From the IMG/VR virus record IMGVR_UViG_3300045988_167652: a stretch of 64,000 nt of DNA, one strand, 5' to 3'. A program made the translations under genes and the position numbers. The first letter of the stretch is position 1; each line of letters opens with the position of its first letter. Source of the DNA: a virus. Below, piece by piece: positions 60,294 to 64,000 of this stretch. The notes under the pieces are model-generated. The model was not told the DNA's origin. It did no database searches and saw nothing but the letters and a program-made list of their open reading frames with translations.

Positions 60294-60977
60294 TTAAACA
60301 ACACAGTAAAAATAAAATACTTTTCTGTGAATTATTTTATTCAATATTCTCTTAACGAATAATCTTATTTTATTCAATATTCTATAATTATAAACTTTTT
60401 CTTCATATATTTCTATTAGCTTATCAAAAACTATTATTCCTTCTTCCTTATTTTTTAATTTTGACAGGTGTATTTTATTATTGTACTTTGAATTAAAAAT
60501 TTCTTCACTACATTCTGGAATAAGTTTATATAATAAACTATCAGACATATAAATACAAGATAAAGCATGTTTAAGATTTAAATGAACATTTTGATAATAA
60601 TTCCTTATATATAATTCTTTTGCTCTTTTAATGAGTTCAAGGGTTTTTTTATTCTTTGGTTTTTTATCTCTTTTAAAAATTTTAAGTGTATATATGTCTA
60701 TAAGTTTAGTTAATACTTCTAATCTACTTGTTTTATCATTTATATCCCACCGTTCTTTATTGGTACTTATTTTACGTCCTACAAGAAATTTAGAGTTAAA
60801 TTCTGGTATATAATTTCTTATACCTAAATAAGTAACAAAATTAGAAGTACATATATACAAAGAATAACTAAGAGCCTCGCATAATAATATACTTCTATCA
60901 TAATAAACTTTTTTATAAGCTATATATAGAACTTCAATAATATCTTTATCAGATAATTTTATATTTTCATGATTCAT
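60294..60977 (-). CDS. Hypothetical protein with an internally duplicated domain (paralog 2)
   Basis: Same IPEF...WD...SR...L..LI.IY architecture as 59676-60272. The second repeat is degenerate. Confidence 0.65.
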   Translation of the reverse strand: MNHENIKLSDKDIIEVLYIAYKKVYYDRSILLCEALSYSLYICTSNFVTYLGIRNYIPEFNSKFLVGRKISTNKERWDINDKTSRLEVLTKLIDIYTLKIFKRDKKPKNKKTLELIKRAKELYIRNYYQNVHLNLKHALSCIYMSDSLLYKLIPECSEEIFNSKYNNKIHLSKLKNKEEGIIVFDKLIEIYEEKVYNYRILNKIRLFVKRILNKIIHRKVFYFYCVV

Positions 60978-61173
60978 AGTTAGGTATTAAATATAATTCT
61001 TTATTTATTTTAAAAGGACTTTCATCACTTATTTTTACTAATATAGAATTAATAATATTGTGATATTCTGATGGAATAACGAGAGGAAAATATTTATTAT
61101 TATATTTAACAGTAATAATATAATCTCCCTCTTCTATTTTATCAAGTTCATTTTGATTTTTATTTTTGTCCAT
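60967..61173 (-). CDS. Hypothetical small protein (68 aa)
   Basis: Intact ORF whose end overlaps the start of the next gene by 11 nt. Confidence 0.5.
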   Translation of the reverse strand: MDKNKNQNELDKIEEGDYIITVKYNNKYFPLVIPSEYHNIINSILVKISDESPFKINKELYLIPNYES

Positions 61174-61195
61174 AATTTATTGTTATAAATAAAAT

Positions 61196-61220
61196 AGGGA
61201 AGATTTATATTATCTTCCCT
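61196..61220 (-). terminator. Rho-independent terminator after the MazG-ending operon
   Basis: AGGGAAGAT (61196-61204) pairs with ATCTTCCCT (61212-61220). On the minus strand a T-rich run follows the hairpin. Confidence 0.6.
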
Positions 61221-61236
61221 AAATTAATATATTATT

Positions 61237-61803
61237 TCAACATGTTTTACCATGTTTATATCCTCTATGTGTATTATATTCCATCTTTTGATAAACATGC
61301 CAATCAATTGGAATGTTCCAATGTTTTACTAATAAATCAAGATAATCTAATGCCACACAAATTGAATGTGTATTATCATTTCCCCTTGAAATAATTCTTG
61401 TTACTTCAAAACATTCTTCTAAAAATGATTTAAAGTTTGTTTTTACAATGTTAGTTTTATTTGATGGATCATCAAAATCAAGATTTATAGCTCCTGCATA
61501 ATCATATAATCTGATATATACATCAGCTATTTCATCTTCAACAGTGTTTTTAATATTCTTTTTAAAAGATTCTTGTAGCCCTAAAAGTTTATTATCTCTT
61601 TGAAAGGCATCATAATCAGATTTATGATTATTTCTATATGCTTCTACAGCTTCACAAATCTCACTAATAACAAGCATCATACTATGTTCATAAGGATGTT
61701 GTACTTCCCAAAATCCTTTTTTTACAGCATTACTGTGAGCAAGTTTTTTATATTGATTTCTTGTTAATTTACCTGTTTTAAATACTGCTTCTTTAATATC
61801 CAT
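61237..61803 (-). CDS. mazG: MazG-like all-alpha nucleoside triphosphate pyrophosphohydrolase
   Basis: Pattern GFWE...MLVISEICEAVEAYR...EDEIADVYIRLYD...KMEYNTHRGYKHGK is typical of the MazG/NTP-PPase family. Confidence 0.7.
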   Translation of the reverse strand: MDIKEAVFKTGKLTRNQYKKLAHSNAVKKGFWEVQHPYEHSMMLVISEICEAVEAYRNNHKSDYDAFQRDNKLLGLQESFKKNIKNTVEDEIADVYIRLYDYAGAINLDFDDPSNKTNIVKTNFKSFLEECFEVTRIISRGNDNTHSICVALDYLDLLVKHWNIPIDWHVYQKMEYNTHRGYKHGKTC

Positions 61804-61806
61804 ATT

Positions 61807-62247
61807 TTATTCACAATTCATTAATGCGTTATACATTCTATCTATTGCTTCTTTAGGGACTTTCCTATCTCTTCCTTCTATATTTTTCATAGCTTTTTCA
61901 GGTGTACACATAAGAAAACAGTACTCAATTCTATAACCATTATCTAACGCTAACTTTTCAAGTTTCCTTCTTGTTTTTATATAACAATTAGTGTCATCAA
62001 TGATTATAGTATTATCTCTTAATATAGCTTCTTGAATGGCTCTTAATTCAAGTTGTTTTACTAAAAATTCTTCTTCTTTAGTATATCTGTAATTAGGTTT
62101 GGTTTCCCTTATTTTATCTCTTGAAATATATTCATACTGTGGATTATTTTCAAGGATTTTATTAGCTGTAGTAGTCTTACCGCTACCTGGAATACCTACC
62201 ATAACAATAAAGGTTCTTTCAAGATTATTATATTTACTTATATCCAT
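61807..62247 (-). CDS. P-loop kinase (AAA_33 or polynucleotide/nucleotide-kinase-like)
   Basis: Walker A GIPGSGKTT near the N-terminus. I trimmed the start to the Met at 62247, one nt after the upstream stop. The track ORF extends to 62328. Confidence 0.65.
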   Translation of the reverse strand: MDISKYNNLERTFIVMVGIPGSGKTTTANKILENNPQYEYISRDKIRETKPNYRYTKEEEFLVKQLELRAIQEAILRDNTIIIDDTNCYIKTRRKLEKLALDNGYRIEYCFLMCTPEKAMKNIEGRDRKVPKEAIDRMYNALMNCE

Positions 62248-62248
62248 A

Positions 62249-63163
62249 TCATAAATCTTTAAACATATCAATAATATTATTTTTAATATCTTTTCTTTCG
62301 TATTTTCTTGTAGTAGAATTTTTAGCATACTTACCTTCTACTAAATCAATATACATAGTAAATTCCCCTTCATCTCCCATGTAGTAAGAATTAAATGTAT
62401 ATTCATCCAATCTTTTTCTTAATTCAAGAGTTTCAATAGCTAAATTATCTGTTGCTACTACTTTGAAAGTTCTAAAGATTTGATCAATATTATTAACCAA
62501 CATCTTTCTTTTTTCATTTAACCATAATCCATTTTTATGGTTATATTCAATTCCTCTACCAAATAATTTATTACCTAATATAAGTAATTTATCTGGTAGA
62601 ATATCTTTAAACTCAATTAAGTCTTTATAATTTACTATTCCTTCAATAACATGTAAAACAATATTATCTGTAGATATTCCATTCTTTATAAGTATATTTA
62701 GAATGTTTTCTACATTTCTAAATTCTTTAGGATTATTAGCTGATATTCCCAAACCATGAATTAATTTTTTATATAGGAGAGAAATAAGCAAGTCAAATTC
62801 TTTTATAGAATTATGAATAGTCATATTGCATATAATATTTTTACTATTTAACTTTCCAAGAATTTTTTTTAAATTAGGATGACTAAGAGCATTTCCCCCG
62901 CCTAAGGCAATTTCTGTACCTTCTTTTAAAGTATCTAAAAACTCATAATTAAAGTTTGCATGTTTACCTTTTATAGATGAGTTTTCATGACACATAGGAC
63001 ATCCTACTTCACAATAATCAGTTATCTTCATATCTATACTTTCAGGAAATTCAGGAATAAATTTATCTTCTTTAGTCATTCTGATTTTAGTTCCGTCAGA
63101 ATATATTTTTACAATGTAATTTCCATTAGTATATGATTGTAATAATTTTATATTATTATTCAT
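62249..63163 (-). CDS. Radical SAM enzyme (activase-like CxxxCxxCH motif)
   Basis: C-E-V-G-C-P-M-C-H-E at 62984-63013 (CxxxCxxC core at 62990-63013), verified on the DNA. Downstream GGGNALSHP resembles the SAM-binding GGE motif. Confidence 0.7.
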   Translation of the reverse strand: MNNNIKLLQSYTNGNYIVKIYSDGTKIRMTKEDKFIPEFPESIDMKITDYCEVGCPMCHENSSIKGKHANFNYEFLDTLKEGTEIALGGGNALSHPNLKKILGKLNSKNIICNMTIHNSIKEFDLLISLLYKKLIHGLGISANNPKEFRNVENILNILIKNGISTDNIVLHVIEGIVNYKDLIEFKDILPDKLLILGNKLFGRGIEYNHKNGLWLNEKRKMLVNNIDQIFRTFKVVATDNLAIETLELRKRLDEYTFNSYYMGDEGEFTMYIDLVEGKYAKNSTTRKYERKDIKNNIIDMFKDL

Positions 63164-63404
63164 TACTTTCTAATCTTTTTCTTGTAGCTATTTCTTTATT
63201 TAAATACCAAACAGCCTTTTCTAAATCTTCAATCACCTTATCTTTATCTTTTTTATCTGCTCTTAATATATATTTAATAGCATTTCCTCTACAGAATCCT
63301 AAAAGTGATATAACTCCTGTATAATCTTCTATCACATCAATTACTTCAGTTCTTCCTGAAGTATAATGTTTAGGATGATTTACATTGTCTTTAATTTCCT
63401 CCAT
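63156..63404 (-). CDS. DUF3310/SaV-like phage protein
   Basis: Pattern HPKHY...E.IDVIE......F..GNAIKYILR...K.....DLEKA.WYL matches my recollection of the DUF3310 family. Confidence 0.6.
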   Translation of the reverse strand: MEEIKDNVNHPKHYTSGRTEVIDVIEDYTGVISLLGFCRGNAIKYILRADKKDKDKVIEDLEKAVWYLNKEIATRKRLESNE

Positions 63405-63861
63405 AATAAATAATATGCTTAGCTTTTCCTACCCTTTCTTTAGCTACTTCTTCTACATCATACTCATCATTATCATTTCCAGTAATAATAAAACTATCAT
63501 TTAGTAGAAACTTTTTAAAATCTTTTCTACTATCCATTATTTCTAATAGTTTACTTTTATCATTACTATGATCCATTCCAAAATTATCATATGATTTTCC
63601 ATAAAATATCTTTGTTTCAGGAAGAACCTCTTTTATTGCTTCTTTAAATTCTTCTTCTAAATCTAAAGACACACATAAAGAATATAAATAATTAGCTTTA
63701 GCTTCAATACCTGTTATTATTTCATATTCCCAACCATAATCTATATAAGTTAGATACAGTTTTTTGGGAGATTTCTTAGTAGAAGAACCACTAATATAGC
63801 AAAGACAATGTGTACTTGAACTATTGGTTTCAAATATACTTCTTCTTACAGAAATTTTCAT
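63391..63861 (-). CDS. Hypothetical protein with N-terminal FETNSSSTH motif
   Basis: Intact 156-aa ORF. Its stop overlaps the downstream DUF3310 gene by 14 nt, and its start overlaps the upstream stop (ATGA). Confidence 0.6.
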   Translation of the reverse strand: MKISVRRSIFETNSSSTHCLCYISGSSTKKSPKKLYLTYIDYGWEYEIITGIEAKANYLYSLCVSLDLEEEFKEAIKEVLPETKIFYGKSYDNFGMDHSNDKSKLLEIMDSRKDFKKFLLNDSFIITGNDNDEYDVEEVAKERVGKAKHIIYYGGN

Positions 63862-64000
63862 TTTCTATCATTTTTAGGTGTTCCTTTAGTCTTATCAATT
63901 AAATAATCATGGTTTTTATTTAATTTTTCATTGATAAGATTTATAGAATTATTAATAGCTTCAAGTCTTGATTTAGTAGCTTTTTCTTCTTCTTTAAGAA
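63858..64000 (-). CDS. Partial CDS (3' end only), coiled-coil protein
   Basis: The minus-strand frame is open from the window edge (...LKEEEKATKSRLEAINNSINLINEKLNKNHDYLIDKTKGTPKNDRK) and ends at a TGA overlapping the next ATG. Confidence 0.45.
   Translation of the reverse strand, partial: LKEEEKATKSRLEAINNSINLINEKLNKNHDYLIDKTKGTPKNDRK

Noticed and set aside
60631-63324. Plus-strand ORFs 60631-60813 and 63133-63324 within the leftward block.
   Set aside because: They are embedded in longer motif-bearing minus-strand genes and have hydrophobic, low-complexity translations.
1-64000. Integrase, transposase or other mobile-element or lysogeny functions.
   Set aside because: I saw no recombinase or transposase motifs or flanking att-like repeats. 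The content is consistent with a virulent phage genome segment.

Overview
This window is AT-rich phage DNA. By gene order and hallmark motifs it looks like a crAss-like (Crassvirales-type) podovirus, but I recognised this by eye and ran no search.

- **Left end (1-2229):** almost ORF-free. It carries tandem, direct and inverted repeats and several hairpin-rich, GC-richer islands. Two tRNA genes follow: tRNA(CAU) at 2230-2299 and an amber-suppressor tRNA(CUA) at 2341-2412.
- **Rightward block (2445-57603):** the virion and late module. It holds small genes, TerL, portal, four tail-fibre or tailspike genes, a lysis cassette, scaffold-like protein, major capsid protein (MCP) and connector or tail proteins. 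It ends with a ~1880-codon tail-hub protein, three large internal proteins, and one 3903-codon ORF carrying the DFDID motif of the crAss virion RNA polymerase.
- **Recoding:** in the supplied standard-code track these genes are shattered. The fragments are collinear, in the same frame, and separated only by TAG. No gene I call ends in TAG. I conclude TAG is read as sense, probably Gln.
- **Leftward block (57674-64000):** converges on a shared hairpin terminator. It contains no TAG as either sense or stop codon. It encodes accessory genes:
  - a nucleotidyltransferase-fold protein and a membrane protein;
  - two internally duplicated paralogs;
  - a tightly coupled operon of MazG, P-loop kinase, radical-SAM enzyme and a DUF3310-like protein.

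All functions are motif or position inferences.
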